NCBI GenBank assembly: GCA_030390025.1
Contig: CM059433.1
Location: 24,864,001 to 24,928,000 of the forward strand
Length of the DNA stretch: 64,000 nt
From: Squalus acanthias
Taxonomy: Eukaryota
Direction: 5' to 3'
Shown: positions 26,689 to 39,024 of the stretch, piece after piece
Numbering within the stretch: position 1 is the stretch's first letter
How the letters are laid out: the number at the start of each line of letters is the position of its first letter
The notes under the pieces: model-generated
Database searches by the model: none
What the model was told of the DNA's origin: nothing
Seen by the model: only the letters and a program-made list of their open reading frames with translations
Position numbers and translations under genes: made by a program

Positions 26689-27891
26689 CTTTGATTATAC
26701 TTTGCTGTGGCAGAGATACATTGCTGCATTGAGGTTTCTTGGCATGATTGTACTTGTGTTGGGAGCACTGTAAGTTTAACGATTGAAGCAATATCTTACT
26801 GTTTGAGTCGGGGAGCAAGGGTTGGAAGCATCTTGTAGCTCAAAGTCATGTTAGTTGCTGGCACTGTCTTTACCCGACTTTGGGTAGTTGCTGTTGCTGG
26901 TCTGCATTCTAGATTTGGGAGGGAGAATTATGGTGAGTGAGCCTCCAAAAATAGGACGCAGACTGCTTGGAGCTTCTCTAATTCCAGACCTAGGGCCAAC
27001 ATTGTTTGGATTAAGATGTGTCCCACAGATGCTTCAGCCATATGGCTGTTGAACTTTTCCATAGCAAGAGGAGCAATGCACCTTTTTGCTCACCTGTGTG
27101 CTGTGGGGGATGCTCACTCCCCAGTGGGTAGGTTCACTAGGCATTGGGATGGGTCCTTTGGAGCTCAAAGACTTGTCGTGGTTCTTCTGGTCTCCTGGAC
27201 TGCTATATGGAATGGCTGACTATGCTGCAATATATGATCAGAATAGGAGGAGGCTCTTCTGGCCATAGGCCCTCCAGGAGTCATGCAGTCTAGAGGGGTG
27301 AAATTTCTGAAGTTTATATACTTGTTAACCATTACTGTTTCATGATGACATTTAGCGGTTTGTGGGCCTGTTCCATGTTTGTTAACAAAAATCAGTGCAG
27401 ACTTGACCCATCTCTCCTCAATGCAGCTCCTAACTGAGGTCTGCTGCTAATTGAAGAGATTCCAGCCATTGTAGACTATGGGCAGGAATTTTCACAAGAA
27501 CTAGAATTCCTGCCTAAAGTATGCAACAACTGGAATCACTTCCATTAGTAGTAGTACTCTGGGAGGAAAGTGGAGAAGACAATGGTTGGTAATGGAGAAG
27601 AGAGGGAAGGGGAAATGAAGGGGAGAGGAAAATGACTGGTAAAAGAAGGATTGGGTAATTGAAGAGTGCAGAAGCTGGGAATGGCACTTATGTGGGAAAA
27701 GTGAGGCGAAGGTGTGAGCAGTGCTCTGGGACGAGGGAGGGAGAAGAGTGTCGGGATTAATTGAGAAAGAGTGAGTAGGAAACGAACCATTTTAACTCAT
27801 GGGCAAGAGTGCCAGTATAAACAGAGGTGGAGAAGAGTGCCCACTTAAATTGAGGGAGTTGGAGGGGGACAAATATAACTTGAATGGGTGT

Positions 27892-28293
27892 GAGCAGAGT
27901 GTCGGCTCGCACTGGGTTGGAGGGGAGCAGAGTGTCGGTTTGCATTGGGTTGGAGGGGGAGCAGAGTGTCGGCTCGCACTGGGTTGGAGGGGGAGCAGAG
28001 TGTCGGCTCGCACTGGGTTGGAGGGGGAGCAGAGTGTCGGCTCGCACTGGGTTGGAGGGGGAGCAGAGTGTCGGCTCGCACTGGGTTGGAGGGGGAGCAG
28101 AGTGTCGGCTCGCACTGGGTTGGAGGGGGAGCAGAGTGTCGGCTCGCACTGGGTTGGAGGGGGAGCAGAGTGTCGGCTCGCACTGGGTTGGAGGGGGGGC
28201 AGAGTGTCGGCTCGCACTGGGTTGGAGGGGGGCAGAGTGTCGGCTCGCACTGGGTTGGAGGGGGAGCAGAGTGTCGGTTTGCATTGGGTTGGA
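27892..28293. repeat. G-rich minisatellite, 33/34-bp unit gagcagagtgtcggctcgcactgggttggagggg, about 12 copies
   Basis: Directly visible tandem array. Confidence 0.97.
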
Positions 28294-29472
28294 TCGGGAG
28301 AAGTGTCGCTTGAATGGGAAGTGCAAGAAATGTGCTAGATTAAATTGAGGGGAGAGGTGGAGGAAGAGGAGGAGAGAGTGTCTCAAAGGATAGAATACAG
28401 TGTGAACCCGGGCGGGGGTTAAATGAGAGAGAGTGACTGTTGAGGAAGATTTTGGGTAAATGATGGTCTGATTGATGTGTTGAAAATCCAAATATCCTTT
28501 GTTTTCCTATTATAAACTGTGAAGTGTAAAGTTGCATAAAGTTAACCAGAATGCATACTTTTAATCTAAAAATTCCAGCTTTTCAGGGGAACCATGCTCC
28601 TGGAACTCCCTAAATGCACCGCCAATATTATGCCTTCAACATTTGGATTTTCCCTTCAAGCTTTCACATATAGGTGAAGAAATGTTGGATATAGCTACAG
28701 TTTAATTTACAAAGGCCGTATAACTACTTGTTTTTATGTAGCACTGGCCTACAAATAAGGCCCATCTTCAGTTGTCTGTTTTTTATGTGCTCTTTTGGAC
28801 ATCTTTTGGTGGTTTGCTGGGTTGATGTTTGAGTTTGGTGGGATGAGGCCAGTAGGGTGTATGAACTTGAGTTAGCCCTCGTGCATTTTGCTGCAGATGG
28901 TATTGTTGAAGTCTCCAAACCCATTGCCATTCTTCCTCTATTAACTGATGAGCCAAATATTGTTCTGAGGTTCTCTCCAGGTTTTCCGTGCTACTTTTTG
29001 CCATGGAGGGGAGCACAGTACAGAGTGTAGGATTTTTAACTCTTTAGGATATGAAAGGTAAGAGTCAACTGAGACTAAAACACTTTGGGATGGTTTTAAA
29101 CACTCTAAATAACGTTATCGGCATTAAGACATGACAGTTTTCCAGATAAAGATGCCATACAACCTGATCAGAGGAGTGCAACTCGAAACTCAGAAAGATC
29201 AGTTTCTCTGTTCCGTGATCTGAGGTTAAATTTTTGTCGATGACTTCTTCTTGATTGATTGTTTCTTCTGATATCTTAGAAACCACTGTAAAATAGCTGT
29301 TTTGTATCTTCTTTTCCAAATTTGTTTCTGGGCAGAACAGTCTGGTGTTTACACAGTTTTCTCACTGTTCCCAAGGACCAGCAGACCAGTATTTGTTATT
29401 CTCTGCTTATCTGTCCCTTGATCTTGCCTACAGTCTTTTCTCTCCACACATCATGGACAGTAAGCAAAGACC

Positions 29473-32450
29473 ATCATACATAGGATTACATACAGAGGAT
29501 ATACGGCACAGAAACAGGCTATTCAGCCCAACCAGTCCATGCCGCCGTTTATGCTCCACTCGAGACTCCTCTCGTCTTTCCTCATCAAACTCTGTCAGCA
29601 TAACCCTCTATCCCCTTCTCCTTCATATGCTTGTCTAGCCTCCCCTTAAATGCATCTATACTATTCACTTCAACCACTCCCTGTGGTAGCGAATTCCACA
29701 TTCTCACCACTCTCTGGGTAAAGAAGTTTCTTCTGAATTCCCGATTGGATTTCTTGGTGACTATCTTATATTCATGGCCTCCAGTTATGCTCTTCCCCAT
29801 AAGTGGAAACATTCTCTCTGTATCCACTCTATCAAAACCTTTCATACTTTTAAAGGCCTCTATTAGGTCACCCCTCAGCCACCTTTTTTCAAGAGAAAAG
29901 AGACCCAGCCTGTTCATCCTTTCCTGATATATATACCCTTGCATTTCTGGTATCATCCTTGTAAATCTTCTCTGCACCCTCTCCAGTGCCTCTATATCCT
30001 TTTTATAATATGGCATCTAGAACTGTACGCAGTACTCTAAGGGTGGTCTAACCAAGGTTCGATACAGGTTTAGCATAACTTCCCTACTTTTCAATTCTAT
30101 CCCTCTAGAAATAAACCCGAGTGCTTGGCTTGCTTTTTTTTATGGCCTTGCTAACCTGTGTCACAAATTTTAGTGATTTGTGTATTTGTACTCCTAGATC
30201 GCTTTGTTCCTCTACCCCACCTAGACTCGCACCCTCGAAGTAATAAGTGACCTTATTCTTCCTACCAAAATGTAATACCTCACATTTATCGTGTTGAATT
30301 TCATTTGCCAATTATATGCCCATTCTGCAAGTTTATTAATGTCCTCCTGTAATTTGTTGCAGTCCTCCTCAGTATTGACTATCCCCCCTAATTTGGTGTC
30401 ATCCACAAATTTAGAAATTGTGTTTTTGATTCCAAAGTCTAAATTGTTAATGTAAATTGTGAACAACAGTGGTCCCAGCACTGATCCTTGTGGAACACCA
30501 TTACCTACCTTCTGCCACTGTGAATAGCTACCCTTTACCCCTACTCTCTGCTTTCTGTCTTGAAGCCAGCTAGCTATCCATTCTGCTACTTGTCTCCTGA
30601 CTCCACATTCTCTGACCTTGTTCATCAGTCTATTATGGGGTACCCTCGCGAAGGCCTTTTGAAAATCTAGATAAATTACATTTACTGCATTACCCTTGTC
30701 TACTCTCTCTGTTACCTCTTCAAAAAATTCAATGAGGTTGGTCAAACAAGACTTTCCCTTTTGAAATCCATGCTGACTATTCATTATTGGCCCGTATTTT
30801 CCGATCGCAGGCCTCCCACTGGCGGAGGCCTGCGATCTGGAAAAATCTGCGCCCTTACCTGAGGGCTCCCGGGACACACACGCTTCCGCTCCTGGGCCTC
30901 ACCAAACTAGAAGTGCGCAGGGCCTACGTATCCCAGGGTCGCATGTAGTTCGCAGCATCCCTGGGATCACGTGGGCCATGGGGAGCCAATCACAGAAGGG
31001 AATCTCTCTTCATACATTTGACAGGAAGACCTGTCAAATATATGAATGGAGATCAATGAAAAAACATAGTAAAACTTTAAATAATTTTTTTTTAAAAATC
31101 ACATTTTTAAAATGACTTGGAAATTACAATAAATTAAGTATTTTAAACAAAAATTTAATTTTTTGAAAAAAATAATTAACATTTTTTACAGGGCTAAAAA
31201 TAAACTTACCTTTTTTAAAGTATTTTTAAATGATAAATCAGTGAAAAAATTTTTTAAATACTTTTTTCAACTCTTATCCTGGTAAAGGCAGGCCTTATGC
31301 CCGTAGGGATCGGAATATCTGGGCCATTATATTTTTGGTTTCTAGATGTTCTTCTATTGTCTCCTTTAGTAGGGATTCCATTATTTTTCCTACCACCGAT
31401 GTTAAGCTGACTGGTCTATAATTCCCTGGACATGATCTGTCCCGCTTCTTGAATATAGGTATTACGTTAGCTATCTGCCAGTCTTCTGGCACTACACCTT
31501 TTTCTAACAAATTATTAAATATGTGTAGTAATGCCTCTGCTATCTCTTCCCTAGATACTTTTAAAATATGTGGATGCAATCCATCCAGACCAGGGGTTTT
31601 ATCCTCTTTGAGTTTGATTAGTTTAGTTAATATATCCCCTCTTTTTATTTTAAATGCACTTATCTCATTACTAATCTCATCATCCAATGTCATGTCCATC
31701 TGTTCTATCTCCCTGGTAAATACTGAAGCAAAATAATTATTTAATATTTCTGCCATCTCTCTATTGTTACCTGTGGTATTATCCTGTCTATCCCTTAATG
31801 GCCCTATTCCCATCCCAACCTTCCTTTTTTTATTGATGTGTCTGTAAAATATGTTACTATTTTGTTTTATGTTCCTTGATAATTTAATTTCATAGTTTCT
31901 TTGCCTTCCTAATTATATTTTTTGACTTCTCTCCTAATCTCTTCGTATTCTCCCTTAGCATGCACTCCCCTGCTGTCCATGTACTTAATGTATGCCTCTT
32001 TCCTTACCCTCAATTGTTTCCTTATGGCTTTACTCATCCATGGTGTCTCATTAGTGTTTAGTTTGTTCTTTCCTTGTAGCGGAATATATTGTTCCTGACT
32101 CTGTTGAACACCATTTTAAATGTTTCCCATTGCTGTTCTACATCATTGTTTGCCAATATTGTTGCCCATTTTATTTTCCCAAGTTCTATTCTCAGCCCCT
32201 CAAAATCAGCTTTTCTCCAATCTGTTAACCTGGTTTTCGTAATACTTATGTCCTTCTCAATTATCATCTTAAAGCATATTATATTATGGTCACTATTGCC
32301 TAGATGTTCCCCTACTTTTACTTCTCTTATCTGCTCTGGTTCATTCCCCATTACTAGATCCAATAGCGAATCCTCCCTTGTTGGGCTTTTTACATACTGG
32401 GTTAGAAAGGAGTCCTGTATACATTGAAGGAACCCTTATCCCCTTTACCT
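29473..32450 (-). mobile_element. CR1 LINE, 5'-truncated, frameshifted ORF2 (EN tail + RT), interrupted by MITE 30789-31325
   Basis: Minus ORFs: [52 protein letters not shown]. Confidence 0.95.
30789..31325. mobile_element. Non-autonomous Harbinger-like element (family C, 537 bp)
   Basis: TIRs ggcccgtattttccgatc / gatcggaatatctgggcc; perfect TSD ATT; splits CR1 RT between ETKNI and MNSQHGF. Confidence 0.85.
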
Positions 32451-32852
32451 ACCATGCACTCTGATTTTGGTTAAGCTGACTGTTCTTTCCCTTTGTTGTT
32501 CATGCCTTTAACCAAATTCAGCTCTTGTACCAAGTAATCCTGGGTTTTAAGACCATCCCTTTAGTCTTCCTTAAAAGCAGATATTTAAAGTGCATGTTGA
32601 AAAATAGCAAAATCCTTCAAGAGGATAGAGCTGTGTTTGAGAGAGTTTGGAGAACGATTGGCTCGCACTGAAGTATCACAGGGGAGAAGTGTCAAATCCA
32701 AAGGCAATGGTAATGGTTGACATTTCTTTTCACTAACACTGGCATGTAATAAAATAATTCATGTCAAAACACAGAACTACATCAGAAAACATATGTATGA
32801 CAGCATTTGGGAAAAATAAGGATGGCTCACCATTCCTGCTTATAAATTCAGT

Positions 32853-33741
32853 GGGGGAAAAATTCAGTTGGTTGCGCCTCCCGTTAGCGCCTTAAGAGGG
32901 CGCTAATGGGGCGCAATGCAAGTATCACCTGGGTGCGGTGATGTTTGCGCCGCTCGTGAAATTAACTAGACATTTTGCGGCGGCGCTAAACACTACCGCC
33001 ACGATCTCCTGCGCCGGCAGATCGTGACATCAGTCGAGTGCGCAACGCCCCGGTAGCGCCCTGGAGCCGATATTGAGTGGCGCCCCCTGCCTTACCGCCT
33101 GCCGCTAGCAACGACAGGTTGAGGGGAGCGTTTTGCAGTCAGGAAGGGACTGGGGGAGCGCTATTTAAAGGCGAACGCTTCCTGCCTTTTTTTGGTGGTG
33201 ACATTTTTGCACCACGCATTCTGAGAGAGAGGGAGACTTCTGGAGAGATTCAATGCTGTGTGAAGGAGTTTTGGGTACTGAGCAGCACTTTGCAGGTTAA
33301 TTTTGATTTGCCCTTCCTTGCATCTATTTAGAAGAGACTTTGGGGGCTGCACTCTGAGCTCTTTCCCAGGGGCTCTCCATTGTTCTTTCCAGCAGATTTG
33401 ATGTACAGGTCTCTCCAGGCCGATATTCAAGGCTGCAATGAGCAGGATGTGGATGGAGAGCAAGATCAACCCTCCCCTTTAAGAACTGGCCGAGGCCATT
33501 GTGTCTCTGTTCCATTGCTGACTGACATCACATGAGCTTCGCCAGCGCTCTGAGGTAGCGCCTCGCTCCTCGGCCTTTGCGCCTTAAGAAAGGTGTGAAG
33601 CGCCTGATTTAGCGCTCCAATCACCTCCAGGGGCGATAAAAGCCAAGTTTGCAGTCGGAGGCGATAATTAGCGCCAGGCGCTAATCTTTGCGCCCGGCCG
33701 ATAATTGCGCCCCAAATGGGGCGATACTGAATTTTTCCCCC
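32853..33741 (-). mobile_element. Harbinger-like family A, copy 2 (inverted)
   Basis: TIRs gggggaaaaattcagt / actgaatttttccccc; perfect TSD AGT. Confidence 0.88.
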
Positions 33742-34664
33742 AGTGTCTCTTTAATACGATATATAGCACATAACTGATGCAATTGTTTTCCAGTATTTAA
33801 CATCCAGGAAATATTTTTCTCATTCTGTTACACAATGTGGAAAATACATCTCTGCAAATTATTTTCTTCATATTTGAGCCAGTTTTTTTTGCGCTCATCA
33901 AAATGAGTAACACACCAGCTATTTTGTGCCAATTTTGCCTCTTCCTATGGTAGGCCCCATTGCACACCACACTCTAATCCTTAGCTCACAAGGCAGCCAG
34001 GTGACTGTACTCACTACAACATCACCATCTGAGAACTGTTAAGTATGAACTCACACAATCTCACTCTGTAACACATCACATTAGCACATCATTACACTGT
34101 AATACTTGGCCAGTGGTCTGAGCAATTGTAATTCTGAATTTTAGAAAGTACCAGCGTGAAGTGCAGCATTGCAAACACTTCTTGGGCTGAAGTTTCTCTG
34201 GAAATTGTAATCTGGACATTTTGTTTGTTTTCTGGAATAGAAATTCTACTGTAGTGATCAAAAGGTGAACCTTTAAAAGCGAATGTAGCACAAACAAAAG
34301 GCAAGGAATGAGACAACAACTTTATGTTTTTAACCAGCTGCCACATATAGTGGTGTATAAAGTGAGAAAGTTATGCTGTCTTTCAGGGGCTGAAAGTAGT
34401 GGGGGTTGTGTTATATGTGAGCCACTTTGGTAGGTACTCTTCTACATCTGACTTAAAGTATTCTGTTCCCAACCTTGATCTTGGTCAGAACCAAACGTGG
34501 CCTGATCCAACTCCTCTCAGACACAACCTGACCTGACCCCACTGTGAGCCAGGCCGATTAGAAACAAGATCAGATGTAAGATATTTTAGCGGAAGCTTTG
34601 TATCCATGTCTTGCTTTCCTATACCTGACCTAGATCTGCTCGATGCTTGATGTTAAAGGAGGAT

Positions 34665-37600
34665 AAATAGACATAGAAGATAGGAGCAGGAGTAGGCCAT
34701 TCGGCCCCTCGAGCCTGCTCCGCCATTCAATGCGATCATGGATGATCATCCAAATTCAGTACCCTGTCCCTGCTTTCTACCCATATCCCTTGATCCCCTT
34801 AGCCTTAAGAAATATATCTAACTCCTTCTTGAATATATTTAATGAATTGGACTCAACTGTCTTCCGTGGTAGAGAATTCCACAGGTTCACCACTCTCTGG
34901 GTGAAGAAATTCCTCCTCATCTCAGTCCTAAATGGCTTACCCCTTATCCTTAGACTGTGACCCCTGGTTCTGGACTCCCCCACCATCGGGAACATCCTTC
35001 CTGCATCTAGTCTGTCTAGTCCTGTTAGAATTTTATAAGTTTCAATGAGATCCCCTCTCATTCTTCTAAACTCTAGCGAATACAAGCCCAATCGACCCAA
35101 TCTCTCTTCATACGTCATTCCTGCCATCCCAGGTATCAGTCTGGTGAATCTTCGCTGCACTCTCTCCATGGCAAGAACATTCTTCCTCAGATAAGGCGAC
35201 CAAAACTGCACACAATACTCAAGGTGTGGTCTCCATTATAAATTCCCCTGATTCTGACTGCAAGGGACCTATGCTTGACTTCACCAATCTTTTTCTCTTC
35301 ACATATCTATAGAAGCTTTTATAGTCAGTTTTTATGTTCCCTATAAGCTTACTCTCATACTCTATTTTCCCCCTCTTAATTAATCCCTTTGTCCTCCTTT
35401 GCTGAATCCTAAACTGCTCCCAATCCTCAGGTTTGCTGCTTTTTCTGGCCAATTTATATGTCCTCTCCTTGGCTCTTATGCTATCCCTAATTTCCCTTGT
35501 TAGCCATGGTTGAGTCACCTTTTTTGTTTTATTTTTATGCCAAACAGGGATGAACAAATTCTGTAGTTCATCCATGCAATCTTTAAATGTTTGCCATTGC
35601 CTATCCACCGTCAACCCTTTAAGTAATGTTCCCCAATCCATCCTAGCCAACTCGCGCCTCATACCATCGTAGTTTCCTTTATTTAAATTGAGGATCCTAG
35701 TCTCTGAGTCAACTACTTCACTCTCCATCTTAATGAAGAATTCTATCATATTATGATCGCTCCTCCCCAAGGGGCCTCGCACAACACAATTGCTAATTAA
35801 TCCTTTCTCATTACATAATACCCAGTCTAAGATGGCCTGATCTCTAGTTGGTTCCTCGACATATTGGTCCAGGAAACCATCCCGTATACACTCTAGGAAT
35901 TCCTCCTCCACAGTATTGTTACTAATTTGGTTAGCCCAATCTATATGTAGATTAAAGTCACCCATGATAACTGCTGTGCCCTTATTGCACGCGTCTCTAA
36001 TTTCCCATTTAATGCCATCCCCAACCTCAGCATTACTGTTTGGGGGTCTGTATACAACTCCCACTAACATTTTCTGCCCCTTGGTATTTCTCAGCTCTAC
36101 CCATACAGATTCCACATCATCAGAGCTAATATCCTTCCTTACTATTGTGTTAATCTCCTCTTTAACCAGCAATGCTACCCCACCTCCTTTTCCTTTTTGC
36201 CTGTCCTTCCTGAATATTGAATACCCCTGGATGTTGAATTCCCAGCCTTGGTCACCCTGGAGCCATGTCTCCATAATCCCAATTATATCATATCCGTTTA
36301 CATCTATTTGCGCAGCTAATTCATCCACCTTATTATGAATGCTCCTCGCATTAAGACAGAGAGCCTTCAGGCTTGTTTTTTTAACACTCTTAGACCATTT
36401 AGAATTTTTGTTTACTGTGGCCATGTTTGATTTACACCCTTGATTTCTCTGCCTTCCACTTTTGCTTTTCTCCTTCCTGTCTTGTGTTTCTATCCTTGCT
36501 TCCCTTTCCTCTGTCTCCCTGCACAGGTTCCCAACCCCCTGCCATTTTAGTTTAAACCCTCCCCAACAGCAATAGGAAACACTCCCCCGAGGACATCGGT
36601 CCCTGTCCTGCCAAGATGCAAACCGTCCAGTTTGTACTGGTCCCGCCTCCCCCAGAACCGGTTCCAATGTCCCAGGAATTTGAATCCCTCCCCCTTGCAC
36701 CATTCTTCCAGCCACGTATTCATCTGAAATATCCTTCTATTTCTACTCTGACTAGTACGTGGCACTGGTAGCAATCCTGAGATTACTACCTTTGAGGTCC
36801 CATGTTTTAATTTACCTCCTAACTCCCTATATTCAGCTTTTAGGACCTCATCCCATTTTTTTACCTATATCGTTGGTACCTATATGCACCATGACAACTG
36901 GCTGTTGACCCTCCCCCTCCAGAATGTCCTGCAGCCGCTCCGAGACATCCTTCACCCTTGCACCAGGGAGGCAACATACCATCCTGGAGTCTCGTTTGCA
37001 GCCGCAGAAACGCCTATCTATTCCCCTTACAATAGAATCCCCTATCACTATAGCTCATTCTATTCCCCTTACAATAGAATCCCCTATCACTATAGCTCTC
37101 CCGCTCTTTTTCCTCCCCTCCTGTGCAGCAGAACCACCCATGGTGCCAGGAAGTTGGCTGCTGCTGCCTTCCCCCGATAAGCCATCCCCCTCAACAATAT
37201 CCAAAGTGGTATATCTGTTTGAGAGGGGGATGGCCACAGAGGACGCCTGCACTACCTGCATGCGCCTACTACTCTGCCTAGTGGTCACCCATTCCCTTCC
37301 TGCCTGTGCAGCCTTTACCTGCGGTGTGACCAACTCATTAAAAGTGATTTCCACGACGTCTTCAGCATCGCAAATGCTCCAGTATGCATCCATTCGCAGC
37401 TCCAGCGCCGCAATGCGGTCTGCCAGTAGCTGCAGCTGGATACACTTCCTGCACACATGGTCGGCAGGGACACAGGAAGTGTCCTTGATTTCCCACATAG
37501 CGCAGGAGGAGCATACCACGGGGCCGAGCTGTGCTGCCATGACTTACCCTTTAATTAATTTAAATTAAATTAAATCAAATCAAAACCACCAATTACACAA

Positions 37601-38880
37601 CAATTAAATGTTATACTCAAGGGCCCTTGTTTACTAGCACTCCCCGCTACATAACAGAGGCCTTAGAAACTATAAGCACAAAATTAAGACCTTCTAAACT
37701 TTATATACTATGGGGGAGAAATTCAGTGTCGCCCCATTTGGGGTGCAATTATCGGCAGGGCGCAAAGATTAGCGCCTGGCACTAATTATCGCCACTGACT
37801 GCAAACTTGACTTTTTTCGCTCCTGGAGGTGATTGGAGCGCTAAATCAGGCGCTTCACACCTGTCTTAAGGCGCAAAGGCCGAGGAGCGAGGCGCTACCT
37901 CAGAGCGCTGGCGAAGCTCATCTAATGCCAGTCAGCAATGGAACACACACACAATGGCACGGGCCAGTTCTTAAAGGGGATGGTTAATCTTGCTTTCCAT
38001 CCACATCCTGCTCATTGCAGCTTGAATCTCGGCCTGGAGAGACCTGCACATCAAATCTGCTGGAAAGAACAATGGAGAGTATCAGGCAAAGAGCTCAGAG
38101 TGCAGCCCCCACAGTCTCTTCTAAATCGATACAAGGAATGGCAAATCAAAATGAACCTGCAAAGTGCTGCTCAGTACCCAGAACTCCTTCACACAACGTT
38201 GAATCTCTCCAGAAGTCTCTCTCTCTCTCTCTCTCAGAATGCGTAGTTCAAAAATGGCACCAACAATAAAAGGCAGGAAGCGGTCACCTTTAAATAGCGC
38301 TCCCCCTTTCCCTTCATGACTGCAGAACGCTCCCCTCAACCTGTCATTGCTAGCGTCAGGCGGTAAGGCAGGGGGCGCCACTCAATATCCGATCCGGGGC
38401 GATACCGGGGCGTTGCGCACTCGACTGACGTCACGATCTGCCGGCACAGGAGATCGTGGCGGTAGTGTTTAGCGCCGCCGCAAAATGTCTAGTTAATTTC
38501 GTGAGCGGCGCAAACTTCGCCGCGCCTGGGCGCTAGATGCTTTACGCCCCATTAGCGCCCTCTTAAGGCGCTAACGAGAGGCACAACCAACTGAATTTTT
38601 CCCCCTGTTAACCTTAACTGTCAAATTATAGAGTAGTATAAATACTCACCTGGCCGTACTCACCCAATCAGCTGCTTCCTCTTGCCCGTGTCACTGGAAC
38701 GCCGCCGCCGGTCTGTGAGATTGGTAAGCCTTTGAAAAAAAGCCCGCGAAAGTGAGTTTAAGTCCTTACTGAACCGCCACTCTCTGCTCCTCCCGACTCC
38801 GGCCTTTGAAAAAAAGCCCGCGAAAGTGAGTTTAAGTACTCACTGAACCGCCACTCTCTGCTCCTCCCGACTCCGGCCTC
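34665..38880 (-). mobile_element. Near-full-length CR1 LINE with 5' UTR, ORF1, EN domain and 3' end, but RT deleted
   Basis: ORF1 (37540 to ~36547) with Cys/His zinc-finger-like CSSC..C..HVCRKC and SGNH-esterase motifs IVIGDSIVRG, HIGTND, DGLHL; ORF2 EN (CLNARSI, ETW, GVVYRPP, MGDFN, SDH) joined at 35232/35233 to RPHLEYC; tandem ~74-bp duplication in the 5' UTR (38728-38878). Confidence 0.9.
37712..38605 (+). mobile_element. Harbinger-like family A, copy 3, inserted in CR1 5' UTR
   Basis: TIRs gggggagaaattcagt / actgaatttttccccc; flanks TAT/TGT. Confidence 0.88.
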
Positions 38881-39024
38881 TGTTGTTCTTTTCCTTTCAC
38901 TTTCACAAATAAATCCTATTGAAGACCAGTAGATAAGAGCTATTAAAGGTTATGTAAAGGTGACTGAATATGTAAGGATAAAGTCAGCGATACCCAATGG
39001 GAGCTGGGTGCCGTACTCAAAGTC

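Noticed and set aside
27757..28491. Six overlapping repetitive ORFs
   Set aside because: Artefacts of the 34-bp minisatellite.
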